Part shown: in pieces, positions 1 to 12,810 of the stretch
Numbering within the stretch: position 1 is the first letter of the stretch
How the letters are laid out: the number at the start of each line of letters is the position of its first letter
Position numbers and translations under genes: made by a program
Assembly (NCBI GenBank): GCA_003971905.1
Contig: RSEE01000002.1
Span: 868,001-932,000, forward strand
DNA: 64,000 bases
Source: Moniliella sp. 'wahieum'
Taxonomy: Eukaryota
Reading direction: 5' to 3'
The notes under the pieces: generated by a model
Database searches by the model: none
Told to the model about the DNA's origin: nothing
Seen by the model: only the letters and a program-made list of their open reading frames with translations

Positions 1-475
1 GGGACGACAGTATCAGGCCAGGACAAAACCATCCATCCCCATGGTGGGCTACTGCAATGACAAAATCCAGAACCGTTGGCAATGTCCGGTATCGAAGTCT
101 CCGGGAATTCAACTACGAGCATAAGCGTTTGGCACACCTTCAAAATAGATCAACTTGCCCCCCCCCCTCTCTCCTTCTCGATATGGATTGCGGGCCAGCG
201 CCCCCGGGCCGGAAAGCATAGCGATAGCACCAGGAAAGGAAATGCAGATGGAACGGGCCCATAGGAGGTAGGTTCAAGTTGAAGCGTGCACTTTTCAGTA
301 TGATTTTGTCAATGATGACCTGAATATGCACTTCTACTACAACTGCTCTGCGAAGTCAATGGCGGCACACCTTCATTCCTAATACATTGGACTTTGGGAA
401 TGCGGGGTCTCCGAGCACAAACAATCTATTGGCCTCATCGCATTCCAGGGGGAGAAACAAGATAGGCGGCTGAAC

Positions 476-3400
476 TTAGTAGACTTCCAGCACCCAGCGC
501 TCTTCTTCCTTGAGCTTTTCCAGGTGCTCTTCAGCCTGGGCACGGGTTAGACCCTTAAGTTGCTCCAAACTGGTGAGCACCGCTTCGGTAATGTCAGGCA
601 CGGGCCAGGTCCTGGGCACGACACAAGGGTGGTTAGTAGGACAATTCAAACAAGAGCGAGGGATAGGAGGGAGGCGACGTACGGTCCACAGAGGTAGAAG
701 TAACCTTTGTCCTTCTCCTCGGCCTTGATCAAAGCGTCGACAAGGGAGGCTTCCTTGATCGTTGCTCCCGAAGCAGCAATCTCGGGGGCGAGGTAAGAAG
801 ACATGATCTGGGCATCCTCGGAAATCTTGTCCTGAATGTAGATCTTGTGCTTCTGGTCGCGGGAGAAGGCAAGTCCCAGGCGGGTAAGGATGCCATCTGC
901 TTGGAACGCCTCCAGCTCTTCTCCGTAGAGGTACTCTTTGCTGCGGTAGCGCGAGCCGAAGTAGTACACCAGCGGACCAATAGGCAGACCCTGGGCTTTC
1001 TGCACCGCACGGGCTTGGAGGAAGGCGCGGAAAGGCGCGGCACCGGTACCCAATCCGGCCATGATGATCGGTTGCTCGGACTGGGGCGGGAGCTTCATGA
1101 CCGACGGACGTACCGAAACCGTGACCTTGTCCCCCGGACGAAGTTTGGAAAGGTAACGCGTGCATTGGCCATAGCGCGACGCTCCGCTCGGTGTCTTCCA
1201 ATCCACCGTGACAATCAGCAGGTGCACCGACTCGCCCACCGCAGCCTGGGCCGAGGCAATGGAGTAGTGGCGCGGCTGGATGTCCTCAATGTGAGTGAGC
1301 AGATCATTGACGGTAAAGTTGGCCAGCACCGAGGGGAACATGCGCAAGACCTCCGCGTACGTCACCGTCTCCACCTCTGCATACTTCTTAAACGTGCTGT
1401 TCCCTTCAGCAGACGCCACAAAGCGCAGCCACTTGGCCTCGTTGACGTTGGCCGCCTTGTCGGCCAAGACAGCGTAAAAGTTTTTGCCCGGGCGGCCAAA
1501 GATGTCTTTGCGTTGGAGTAGCAGCTGGAACACTGTGAGCGACTCGGCTTTGCCCCCCTCGGTCGGGATGCTGATGACCTCGTCGGGCTGGAAGCCGGTC
1601 CAGCGAATGAACTCGCGCACCTCTTCCTCGTCGTTCCAGCCGTGCACACCGAGAGCTCACCAACTTCGTAGGTAAGGTCTGTACCCTTGGTCGACATCTC
1701 CAGATGGAAGACATTACGATCATAGTCCAACGGCGTCAGGCGACGGTTCTCCGTCACCTCGATCTCCCACAGCTTCTCAGAAGCCAGGTCGGCGCGGAGG
1801 GAATCGGCCTTGAGGTCGTACGCTTCCGGGTACAGCCTTTGCCACGCGGCCGAGGCCCAAGACGCAGTCCGGGCGACAGGCTCGGCCACTGCCGCAGCAC
1901 GGTCAGCCAAACGAGCAAAAGCCAGTGTATTCCCAGTCCGTCAAGACGGAACCGACTTGCCCTCTTCCTCCTGGGCTGCGGCCAGACCAGCCGAATCGTA
2001 CGAGACGGAGGTCAGCGCATTGCCAACAAAGGAACGAGCTCCTCCACCTTGACGTCAGGCAGCTCAGCGCGAGCAGGCTGGGCCAGCGTAGCCAACGTGG
2101 TTGGTGTCGCATTAAGGTGCACCAAAGCCGCAACAGCCAGGACGGCCGAAGCCAGTTCCGCGTCCAGGGAGACTTTCTTGGCCTTGGCATTGTTCTTGGC
2201 CGCGGCCGCCTCGATCTGGGTCACCACCGAGGCAGCGTCAATGGCTACCAGCTTGAGAGACAAGGATGCAATCGAGCGTTGTACAATGGGTAACAGGCGC
2301 TCCGAAAGCACCTCCGCAGCAGGAGCGTCCCAGCCTGACGTGTCGAGCAAAACCGTACCACCCGGGGCAACCAAGGCAAGGGCATTGAGTGCCGAGGTGA
2401 GCGAACCAGCCTGGGCCAAGACCACCGTCTGGGCTTGGCCATTCTGCGCCACAGCAACAGGAAGGGTGCGCAGACCAAAGAGGAGGTCGGAACGGATAAT
2501 TCCGGACGCCTGGGGCCGTGGAAGTTGTCAAACCGCTGGAGCGCCCGGCAAGAGAGCGCCTTGGCCGCACCAACCCCCGAGCAGCGGCGTCGGCAAAGAT
2601 GCGAGCAATCAGCTGCCCAGTGTAGGATGTAGCGCTCGCTTCAGTGTCAAGAACGGTGAGCAGCTTCCCCATGGCCGTAAGGGGGCCCGCGGGGACCTGA
2701 GCAGATTTGGCCACGACCGCAGACCAAGAAGTGGGGCCTGCAACCAGGAGCTCAAGCGCGGCTGAGATGTGAGCTGCGCCAGCGTCAGCCGGAGCTGGCA
2801 GGGTAGAAACGTCGGTCTTGGTGTCAAATAAGGCGGCTTCTACGTCCGAGACAAGCACACCGTCGCCAATGTCCAAAATGGCGACTCGCTTGGTACTGGT
2901 GGGGATAGCAGCTAGGAGGGCAGCCTCGTCCAGGGACGCAAAACTCGCACAGCCAAACAGCCGTCTTGGCTTTGGTCTCGGCACCAAGACGTGTATAGGC
3001 CAACTTGGCTGCGGCAGCAACAGAAGTGTTGGGGACAACCAACACCACTTCCGGGCTGGCCGGGCCAGTGTAGGAAAACGATCCAAACTTGGCGGCGGCA
3101 AGCACATCCAAGACAGTTTTGCCTTCGGCGCCCTCTACCTTGGCCGACGGAGCCGAAGCCTGGTCGATCTCGCGGCCAGCAAAGGCACCATCAAAGATAT
3201 GGGCCACATTGCCCTCGGTAGACTTGTACGCAGCTGCCGACACGTCCGCCGCTTCGTTCTGGTCCGAGGTGTAAACCACAGTCCACTGGCCGTCACCCTC
3301 CGCCAATAGGGAGGCAGCAAGCAACGTAGAGGAGGCGTTATCAATCAATTGGACGTCGTCTTCGCCCGTGCCTGACGCGGCCTGGCCAGCGCTCGATACC

Positions 3401-4161
3401 TGAGCCACAATGCGCCCGGTGGTTTGGGCAAAGGCCAGAGCTGGGGCCATGGCGACCAATCCTTTTGCGTTGGTCAGAATAGATGCAGTAAGGCCATGGC
3501 TGGTCGACGACGCCGAGGTAGAGGCACCCGAAAGGTAGCCCAACACGGTTGTAGCCGCACCGGCACGGGTCTGGAGAGAGTAGACCTTGGGGGACTTGGA
3601 GGACTCGAGGCCCTTCTCATGGGCGGCTTCGACCCAACGGCCAAAAGCGGTTGCGTCCGAATCGTACACGAAGACAGCGTCGGAACCGTAGTAGGATTGG
3701 CGCTCGATCAGGCCAATGCCAGTGCTGCCGTTCAAGGGGCGAGACGCCCAGAGAGGAGCATGGGACCAGGGCTCCGCTGCGGCATCAACTTGTTCGGCGA
3801 GGAGCGAGGCGTGGGTGCCGTGTGTTTCGGGGGCGCCTCGGGAGCCGGGTGGGGCTGCTCAACTCCCGTGGCACCCAAGACGGTAGCATTGTCCAGGTCG
3901 GTCGACCCGAGCGACTGGGCGCTGGGGGCGGGGGCAGTGAGCTGGGCGCGAGCAGCCTGCGCTTTGGCCACCGCGGGGGGCGTGCAGGGGCAAGGGAGCG
4001 GGGCGCGCACGCTCAACAAACTCGACGGGCCCGAGGGAGGGGATGGGGGCGTGCTTGGTGAGCGTCTTCTGGGCCAGGATGACCGAGCCGACGCCAGCGG
4101 CCAGGCCGCCAGCAAAAATAGCGGCCGTCTGGGCGAAAGAGGCGGAACGCTCGGACGTCAT
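476..4161 (-). CDS. MET10: Sulfite reductase [NADPH] flavoprotein (alpha) subunit
   Basis: FNR-type motifs PRHYSIAS, IMAGLGTGAAPFRAF, YYFGSRY..EYLYGEEL and FYLCGP|TWPVPD, with the C-terminus WVLEVY*. Intron 682-612 (GTACGT...CAG). The N-terminal part is spread over several ORF fragments joined by apparent 1-nt frameshifts. ATG at 4161 (MTSERSASF). Confidence 0.9.
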
Positions 4162-4531
4162 GGCGAGGGCCCTGAAGCTCCGAAGAGGGTGGGGGTGGGG
4201 GAGAAGAAGAGCCACCCAAGCCGGCAGTGGTGAGGCGTTGAGGCGCCCATTGGGCGAGTCCATTGTTTTTACTCTTAGCACGCCATTCTTCGTGCACTAG
4301 CTATTGTTGCCTGGGAGCAGCCCACGGCGGCCAGCACGGCGAAGCCACGCCGGATAACAAAAACTCCGTGTTCAATGTTCAATTTGCAGGATACCCCACA
4401 CGTGACATTTGACAGGCAAATTTGAAATGGGCCGGCACTCCCAGCCCTGCCAAAAGGTGCATTCGACAAGTCGGTGACATGCATGTGACCGCCACCCTGC
4501 TATAAGTACACCACGTTAATTAAGTTGCGGG

Positions 4532-4662
4532 ACGCGTGACGCGTGAGCCGGGGGCGGGCGCTGCGGCTGAGGTAAGGAGGGCGGGGGCGGGGACACTGGC
4601 GCTGGGCGGGGTGGGGCTGTGACGCGTGACGCGTGAAGCGTGACGCGTGACGCGTGACGCGT
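4532..4662. promoter_or_regulatory. Cluster of 7 MluI cell-cycle-box (ACGCGT) motifs in the MET10 / APSES-TF divergent promoter
   Basis: ACGCGT at 4532, 4539, 4622, 4629, 4643, 4650 and 4657, arranged as (TGACGCG)n about 200-330 bp upstream of the APSES gene ATG. Function is inferred only. Confidence 0.5.
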
Positions 4663-4857
4663 AGCATGCGTCCTGTGCGCGTTCCTGCATCGCAGCCCCT
4701 TGCAGCGCAGCTCCACAGGGCGGGCAGGCGCTGCAGCCTAACGGGCTAACCGGTTAAGGCTGCTGCCCCCTCCGCCCCCCACGGCCCCCTCTGGCCACGA
4801 CCGCGGCTGCTCCGTCTGCTGTGCGCCTGCCGTGCCGTGCCGCCGGGCGTAATCCCC

Positions 4858-7586
4858 ATGGACGCTGCATCGCCCGCGTCTGCTCCGACGCCCTCGGCCG
4901 GCAGTGCGCCCACACCGTCGCCTGTGCCGCCCAGCCCCCTCCCGCCGCCCTCGATGCCTGGCCTGGCAGTTGCCCCACCCGCTGCCGCTGCCGCTGCCCC
5001 TCCACCGCCATCTCCATGCTGCCGCCTGGGGCCCGCGGTGCGCCACCCCCATCGCCCCCCCGCACGCATCTATCTGGCGACCTACTCTGGTGTGCCCGTG
5101 TACGAGCTCACCGTCCGCGGCATTGCGTGCATGCGGCGGAGAGAGGATGGCTACCTGAATGCGACCCGATCCTCAAGGTCGCTGGGTGAGCAAGACGCGG
5201 CGGACAAAGGCGCTCGACAAGGTCATCCTCACCGGCGAACACGAGAAGGTGCAGGGTGGGTACGGAAAGTACCAGGGTACATGGGTCCCGCTTCCTCGCG
5301 GCATCCAGTTGGCAGCCCAGTTCAATGTCGCTCACCTACTCAAAACGCTTTTGGAGTTCGACCCTGCCTCGGACGGCACACTCACTGTCGCCCCCAAGGG
5401 CAAGCGACCCAATCGGAATGCGCCCTCGCAACAGAGCGTGAACCGCTTGCCTGCCAACCCCCCTCCACCTCCTCTCAACAACGGATCGGCAACGGCAGTC
5501 ACCGCTGCCGCCGTCGCCGCGGCGGCCGCGGCGGCCGCACCCCATAGATTTTTCACCCTGCCGCACCAGCAACCGGGCTATCCTCCCCCTCCCCCGGCCT
5601 TTGCCCCTCCCGAAACCAGCACTGCTTCCACTGCACCAACCCAGGTTCCTCGTTTCCTCCTCTGTGCCCGCCTTCAGACCATCCAGCCAACAAGCGGCCG
5701 CGATTCGAACCATCGACTTCGCCGCCGGGTCCTGCCCCATTGAGTGCTCGTGCGGGTCTCTTGGAAGCAGCCGGGAGGGCGGTGCTTTGGACATATTGGC
5801 TGGGCTTGAACCGGTACGGGATCTCAATACGCTTGGCCCCGAAGGGGGTCTGCTTCGCGCTGCCACCTTCGCCCTCGGACAGCCCCGGGGCCACTGCGCT
5901 CCGGATGGGCAAGAGTGCCAGGATGATTCTCGGTCCCCCCGAAGCCTTGGCGCATGACCCCACTGCCCGCTTTGCCGATCGCCCTCAGGCATTCCTCTCG
6001 GGGGGCAGACGAGGCGCAGGAACGGGCTTTGAAGGATGCCTTGACAAATGTCTTTCTGGACTCCAATGCCGAAACTGACCCGAACAGCCAATTGGCTACA
6101 TATACAACGCAATTGCAAGCCCTCTTAGCTCGCATGTCGGCTGTACTGGCTCAGGCCGTGGGGCCCTCCGTCTCCGTACCGGCGGTAAGCGTGAACATTA
6201 TGATTGACGACCATGGCCATGCTCCGCTCCATTGGGCTGCAGCATTGGGCCAAGTTGGCTTGGTCAAGATGCTGGTGGCTCTGCCCCCCAGTCAAGGAGG
6301 CGCAAACGTGCAAGCGGGCAATTTTGCGGGAGAAACAGCACTTCACCGTGCTGTCCTGGTCACGAATGGGTTTGAGGCGAACGTGTTTCCTGTCATTATG
6401 AGCTTGCTGGGCGAGTCAATGGCGACACGTGACTATAAGCGCCGCTCTATTCTTCATCACATTGCCATGGTGGCTGCCTTACGGGGACGGACAGCTTCGG
6501 CACGATATTATCTCGCCTCGGTGCTTGACGTTCTCTTCCCCCAACGCCCTGGCACGACCGACCCCGACAGCCAAGCCGAGCCCGTGTTTTCCCCAGCCAA
6601 GGCGCACGAACTGCTGAACGCGCAGGATGAGGATGGCGAAACGGCACTGGGCATTGTTTCTCGAATTGGGAACGCAGGTATGATCCGAATGTTGGTCGAG
6701 TGTGGAGCTCGCCAGGATATTCCCACACCTCGGTATTCGTCCAGCCGACTGGGGAGTAGGAACTGGCTCAGATGTCGCCAACGTGGCGGTCGCGTCAGAA
6801 GGGGCGAGTGCTCCTTCCATCCCGCTGGTCAAGGACCAAGATGTGATGAACGGTCTGTTTTCTCTTCTTTTTTTTCCCTCTGAGGCCTGAGGCTAACTGC
6901 GACGTGATCCAGGTATCCATGTAGTACTCCAGGACCTCAAGACACTCCATGCCGAGGAGATGAACAGCAAAAATGCGGCATTGGCTAAGGCGCAGGCAGC
7001 GCTCCAAGTCTCTACCCGTGCTCTTTCCACTCGACGACGACAACTGGCCGAAGCACAGCAAGCCGCTAGTGAGATTGACCAAGCCAAGCATACTGTGGCC
7101 CATGTGGATCAAATTGTTTCTTCTCTTTCGGCGCCGGACCCTGACTCTTCGCTGCCGCCCGATGAGCAAGGTGAGCTGGACGCGCTGCAGGCGGATCGTA
7201 CCAAAGCCAATCAACCTTGGGATCTGTTTCTCCAGCCTCACCTTTCTTCCAGTCCGATGGAGACGGATGCGGAGGCGGACTTGGTCCGCTTGCGCTGGCT
7301 TGCTACGGCGCTGCAACAACAAGCTTTCCAGTGGATTGCCAAGTCGGAATCCATCACCTCCCAGGCGGCCGCTCATGTGGCCCAATGTCGTCGCGCGGTG
7401 GCGCGGTGCTGTAACGTGGATGAAGCGCGGGTGGAGGATATGCTAGACGATCTGGTTGTTTCGGTCGAGTCCGATGGTCCTTCGGTTGACCTGGGCCGGG
7501 TGGCTGGGTTTGTGAACTTGGCCAAACCCTTCCCCGAGCCCGCCAACGCCATCCCCAGTCAGACCACCTCGCCTGTCGGATCTTGA
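4858..7586 (+). CDS. APSES/KilA-N + ankyrin-repeat G1/S transcription factor (Mbp1/Swi4/Res1-2 family)
   Basis: IYLATYSGVPVYE...MRRREDGYLNAT..ILKVAG...HEKVQGGYGKYQGTWVP (APSES domain). Ankyrin motifs DDHGHAPLHWAA, NFAGETALHRAV and NAQDEDGETAL, then a C-terminal coiled coil. Intron 6853-6912; several apparent frameshifts. Confidence 0.9.
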
Positions 7587-8316
7587 ACAGGCTTTGATTG
7601 GAGGTTTTGACTGGTAGAGACGTAGGGCCATTTTCTGCTCAAAAGTCACAGCACTCTATATTATGCTCATCGATCTTTGCCTGTTTTTCTCCCTGTATCG
7701 CACCTTTGTTCGGTGCCTTTCGTATTCTCACTTGTCCATCTCACCTTTGCAACTATACTGGTTGATGAAAACCAGAGACACTTTTGCTAGAGTGTGACTT
7801 GGGAGCACTCGACGATCCCATGAATCAACTGCAAAGAAGCCTTCAGACAAGACGTGAAAGCAAAGTTGTGGGCCATACTACGTCTTCAAGCAACGTCTGA
7901 AGGGGAAGAGACAGGAGAGAGAGGAGGGTGATGGAGCGAGCGTTGGGTGCGCCCTGTGAGCGGAACTCTTCCGCCCGGCTAGGCGAGCGTCGCCGATTGG
8001 CAACTGAGAGCCGTACAGGGGGATCCTAGTAGTAACATTAACCCCCCAACGATAGGCCAGAAGTTCAATCCCCCTTTTAATAAAACCCCTTTTAATAAAA
8101 CAGAGAGCTCGATGCCAAGTTCTGACCTAATAGCACGTGTAGCCCAGCCACTCGCCTCAGCACCACACATGGGTTATAAATCCACCTAACCCTACCATCG
8201 GGAACGGTGGCGAAGGTGGCGAAGGTGGACCGGTGGCTGAGGTGGCGAGCAAGCACCAAGCACCAAGCACCTGACCGGGCCGTAGGCCCGGGTGGTCCTC
8301 TAGTATCTCTATACTG

Positions 8317-9340
8317 CATCCATATCATTGACAGAGCTTACGGCTGGGACAGGGGGAAACACTACGCCTATAAACCGACCCGTTCATCTTGCGTGTGTTG
8401 CTTGGTAGCGCCACCTCTGTGAAGGAACCAGGGGGATCGCAGGACCCTCTGGTGCCCGCCATCCGTTCCCATACCCGAGGTAGCGCGTGCAGTGGGAAGG
8501 GATGAACGTGTGGTAGACATCCGAGCGAAGAACCATTTCAATTGAAAGTCAGTAGTCAAATCCTTCCAGTGCGCATGCATCTTACCCACTGTCTTGGTGT
8601 CGTAGTACCCTCGGATCGTCAAAACCAGAGGGGAAAAACGGTTCTTGAGTGCGTCCCTGGTACTTGGCGTTCTTGTCGCATTCTGCTTGTTCAAGCAGCC
8701 GAAGCAGTTCCTTCTCCCGGCGTTCCAAAGGCGACGCAGTGCTCTCATGCACCACCCTCCGGTAAGCGCTCTGCGCCTCCTGCGATCCCGTGCCGCGCAG
8801 CGTGTGGTCCACCTCCATTCCTGATACTCCGATTGCTCCAGGCCCCATCACGCGGTAGTCGGTGCGCTGTGCCCTCCACCCGCGCCTCGTCCCATCCTCT
8901 TCCTCCTTAGTATAGGTTCGTTGTGGACGTCGGTGTCGGGGATGAAGCGCAGAAGCTGGAGAATAAGCTCCCGTACTGCCTCATGCAACGCACCAACTTG
9001 GACTGAGTGCGGGTGCAAGCCATGATGTGCTCCAGCGAGGACATGACGCCGCACTTGCCCAAGCTGCGCGTGGAGCGGCACAGCGTGCGGAGCTGGAGAC
9101 CGACCTGAACCGGCTTGTCAGAGAGCCGGAGGCACGGAGCGGATGGAATGGAGGAGAGCCAAGTGTGGCTCAGCGGGTTGCTGTGCTCAACCACATGGCG
9201 ACCATCGGCATCGTCCAGCTTCTGGTGCAGCTCTTGTCATACCCCACAAAGGGAGAGGCACGTCGTCTGCCGGCCTTCCACCCGGCCTGAGCGGGTGAAG
9301 ATTGCCATCTCGGGCGGCAGTGGTTGGGAGTTCCTGAGTC
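8317..9340 (-). mobile_element. 5'-truncated non-LTR retrotransposon with restriction-like endonuclease (CRE/Cnl1/MoTeR-like), longest copy in the window
   Basis: The minus strand encodes, with frameshifts, WLSSIP..LRLSD..VQVGLQLRTL, a degenerate CCHC knuckle (KCG....EHIMAC), LHEAVRE..DVHNEP, RTD..V.G...D.T and DKNAKY..F.PLVLT.RG. This is the C-terminal layout of RLE-clade elements. The 3' end is shared with four other copies. The 5' boundary is approximate. Confidence 0.75.
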
Positions 9341-9741
9341 TCACAAGGCCTCTGGACCACGACAATAGGGCTCTCTGGGGACCCAACAACAAAAATGAGA
9401 GTCCACGGAGAGCCCCAAAAGAAAAACGGTGTTGGTAAAGTCGGCTTGGCTGTTGGACTGTGAAAGCTGGGCATTTGGGAACGCCATATACGCGCAGCCA
9501 CAGCACTGCATGCGCGTGCCCCATGCGCGGAATATTAGAGATCAACCTGATCACCGAGCTCGGCCGGGCCTTAAGCCTTACTGGCTTCATCGACTGAAGA
9601 GAGAGAAATCGCAGCATGCCCAAGTCGGACCAAGAAGCTGCCTTTCCTATTCGCGTTTAACACGTTTCACGTCCATTCGAAAGTCACTAGTCACCGGTCA
9701 CCGGTCACCACAGAAGTTGTATTGTCTTACTGTCTTGATCG

Positions 9742-9869
9742 CGTCCATTTCATTGACAGAGCTTAAGGCTGGGACAGGGGGAACGCTGCGTCTAAACCTA
9801 ACCGTTCATCTTGCGGGGGCGACTTGGAAGCGCCACCAAGGTTAAGGAACCAAGGGGGTCGCCAGGATA
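9742..9869 (-). mobile_element. Short 3'-terminal fragment of the same RLE non-LTR family
   Basis: Near-identical, as reverse complement, to about 63869-63997, including CAAGATGAACGGTTAGGTTTAGACG.AGCGTTCCCCCTGTCCCAGCCTTAAGCTCTGTCAATGAAATGGACG. Confidence 0.85.
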
Positions 9870-10589
9870 GGGTTAGATGTGTTGACGTTTTTTGAGGCTC
9901 GCCAGCGCTTGCCCTGGCCCTCCGCAACCCAAAAGGGGGGAGGACAAATGTGATTGGCATGATATAATGCTGAGCGCGCTGAGGCGCTGTGCCTCAGCTC
10001 TCAGGCTGAGAGATCTGAGATCGATTCCTATTACGCAGACGGAGAGGAAAGCCGCTTTATTGGTGGGGGAATAGTCACCAATTTAATGACATGTGACATG
10101 TGACATGTGACACCGTCTCCTTTTTCACGTGGACCATCCGTCGGGCGTTGCACTTGCACCCTCGTACTCTTGCCCTCTTGCCCTCTTGCACTCGTGCACA
10201 TTTTCTCTCCCCAACCGTTCATATAAAGACTCGGCGCTGAGCCCATCGGAGAGGATTGCTCCTCGCAAAATCGGACAGGCGCTTGCGCTGATACTGCTGC
10301 CAATTGGACATATGCATGGGCGCACGATCACGTTCACGCGCCAGTCCGATAGAACCCACCACACCAGGCTCGGCCCCCACACACTGAATCCCACCTTATT
10401 CTCCCCAAACCCGATAATTACTCAGCACAATAATTATACGTACTAGTAAACAGCCTATCTTAAACAGATAACGAGACCTGTGTAACTTAAAGGAAGAGCA
10501 CCCCCTTCCCCCTGCCTTTGCTCTGACGGTTTACCACCAACCTCCTAGAGTGCCCTTCCTCCCACGTTCCACGATCCGGCATTTGGACC

Positions 10590-12389
10590 ATGGCCATCGT
10601 ATCAACACTGGTGACTTCGAGTCCTCTAACGCTTGCCATCGGCAGCGCAGTCCTCGTCCTCGTTGTGCTCTTGGCCATGCACCCCGACCGTCCGCTTGGG
10701 GTGCGGGCTGCCCAACCAGGAATTCCAGTAGCCCAAGGCACCTACCCTCTTGTCGGTACATGGTCGCTCGTCAGCCCTGGATTGACTGGCAAACTTGACG
10801 GCATCATCCGCTACCTTCTTGATTATCAGCGCACCCTTGGGCCCGGCGGAATGCCCTTCAGTTTCTCCATCCCCCTCACGCTTGGCGGCCGCACCCTCGT
10901 GCTCAACCGGCCTGAGTACATCGAGCACATTCAAAAGACCAACTTTGAAAACTATCCCAAGGGGAAAATCCTAGGCTCAACAATGACCGACCTTTTGTCT
11001 GAACAAGGGATCTTTGTTGCCGATGGCAATGTTTGGAAACAGGTTTGTCCCCGTTTTCTTGGTTCTCCACTATGAAAAGAGCAAGCGGAAACTGACCCCA
11101 CTTCTCACTACAGCAACGTAAGCTCGCCAGCCGCATCTTTAGCGTCAACAATTTTCGCGAGCACGTGCAGACCACAGTACACCAGTCGGTTGGAGCTTGC
11201 AAGCTTTGGCGGCCGATTGTATCGAGACTGACACAGCGGTCAATCTCCCTGATCTCATGTTCCGCTTCACCCTCGACTCGTTCCTCGAGATGGCTTTTGC
11301 TGCCCCCCAAGGCTGTCTTCCTTCGGAGCACACGGGACTAAACAAAGAAGTTCCCTTTGCCACTGCCTTTGACTGGGCTCAAGTGATGGTGATGAAACGG
11401 TTCACCAATCCAATGTGGAAGTTTACGGAGCTTCTCCACGACGGGGAGAAAGATGCGAGAGGCGGTCAAACTGATGCATGGGACGTGCTACCAAATCATT
11501 GACCAGCGCTTTGAAGCCATTCGCTCAGGCAGTGCCAATCTAAGTAAAAGCAAAGGGACAGGCAAGGACTTGCTCCAGCTCTTTATCGACCAGGGGTGTG
11601 TGTGATCGGGAAATGCTCGTGAACGTTGTCTCAACTTTATCATTGCCGGACGCGACACCACGGCGCAAGCACTAGGGTGGGCGTTTTATATGTTGCACCA
11701 AAACCCGCGGGTAGTGGTCAAGTTGCGAGAGGAGGTGGCAGATGTGCTTGGTCCGCCCGAAGCGCAGCGCCCGATGGACTATGATGACCTCAAGAGTATG
11801 CCGTATACACAGGCGGTGTTTAACGAAACATTGCGGTTGTGGCCGTCGGTACCGAAGAATGTCAAGTTTGTTGTGCAGGACGACGTCATTCCTTCTCCTT
11901 CCAGGACGGGTACGGAACAGGTGCTGAGCCCGTGCAACCAGGACAGCTCCTAAAGTGCACGTCCAAAAGGGCACCACCGTCGTTTGGTCCGATTGGGTTA
12001 TGGGACGGATGCCGGAAATTTGGGGTCCAGACTGTGCCGAGTTCAAGCCAGAGCGCTTCCTTAAAGAGGATGGGTCACTGCGCACCTTCAGTCCCTTTGT
12101 CTTCCACGCATTCAATGCGGGTCCTCGTCTCTGTTTGGGACAGACTCTAGCCACCTACGAGGGGTGTTCGGTCCTGGCAGGCTTGCTTGGCAAGTTTGAG
12201 GTACGCCTCTTTGACGACGAACTCGCCGCTTCTCCACCGGACTTTGCCGAATCGCTCACTTTGCCCATCAAGAACCAATACCGGGCACAGTTTTCCCCCT
12301 TGTGTAGGGAGCGCGCTTGTTGCCAACTGTTAGACGTTCTGTACCGATGTATAATATATGTGGGACTATGTTCGCCACTGACTGCATAG
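10590..12389 (+). CDS. Cytochrome P450 (CYP52/CYP86/CYP704-like lipid/alkane hydroxylase type)
   Basis: N-terminal TM anchor, I-helix FIIAGRDTT, ExxR (ETLRLWPSVP), PERF and heme motif FHAFNAGPRLCLG. Intron 11043-11113; apparent frameshifts. The true stop may be near 12307. Confidence 0.9.
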
Positions 12390-12613
12390 GCGTGCGACGA
12401 GTTGGGGTCCGCGAGAGTACTTTTTGACCAGTTTTCTCTCTCCTGGTTCGTTCCCCTGTTCGACCTGTGTTGCAACGCATGCCGCGAAACGTTCCAGTAC
12501 GATAATTTGAAGAAACCGTATAGTAGAATGGAAAACTACGCGTTTGATGCTTGGTGATGATGAAAAAGAGATGCTCTAGAGGCAAGGCGATGCGGAATAT
12601 GTGCACTTAGTAG

Positions 12614-12810
12614 TGTCAGATCACACCGTGCTAGGGGGCCCTTGCCCACTATAGGCCCGTATGGGCACTATGGCGTGATTCCTATCAGTTGGGAGATCCT
12701 GTGTCCACCTCTCGACTGTGCCCCCTTCCTGAGGAAGTCATATACCTCCTCTGCGTCCATAGATGTATGCAATCCATCTGCTTCCCTTCCCCCGTCTCCG
12801 TCTCCTGACA
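12614..12810. mobile_element. Solo LTR (197 bp)
   Basis: Begins TGTCAG and ends CTGACA (6-bp inverted termini). Flanked by AGTAG / ACTAG, a 4/5-matching 5-bp TSD. Confidence 0.55.

Noticed and set aside
8068..8100. Duplicated CCCC(T)TTTTAATAAAA motif
   Set aside because: A simple short local duplication with no further structure.
9682..9709. Repeat-spacer-like arrays interpreted as CRISPR
   Set aside because: The context is eukaryotic, the period is only 7 bp and there are no cas genes.
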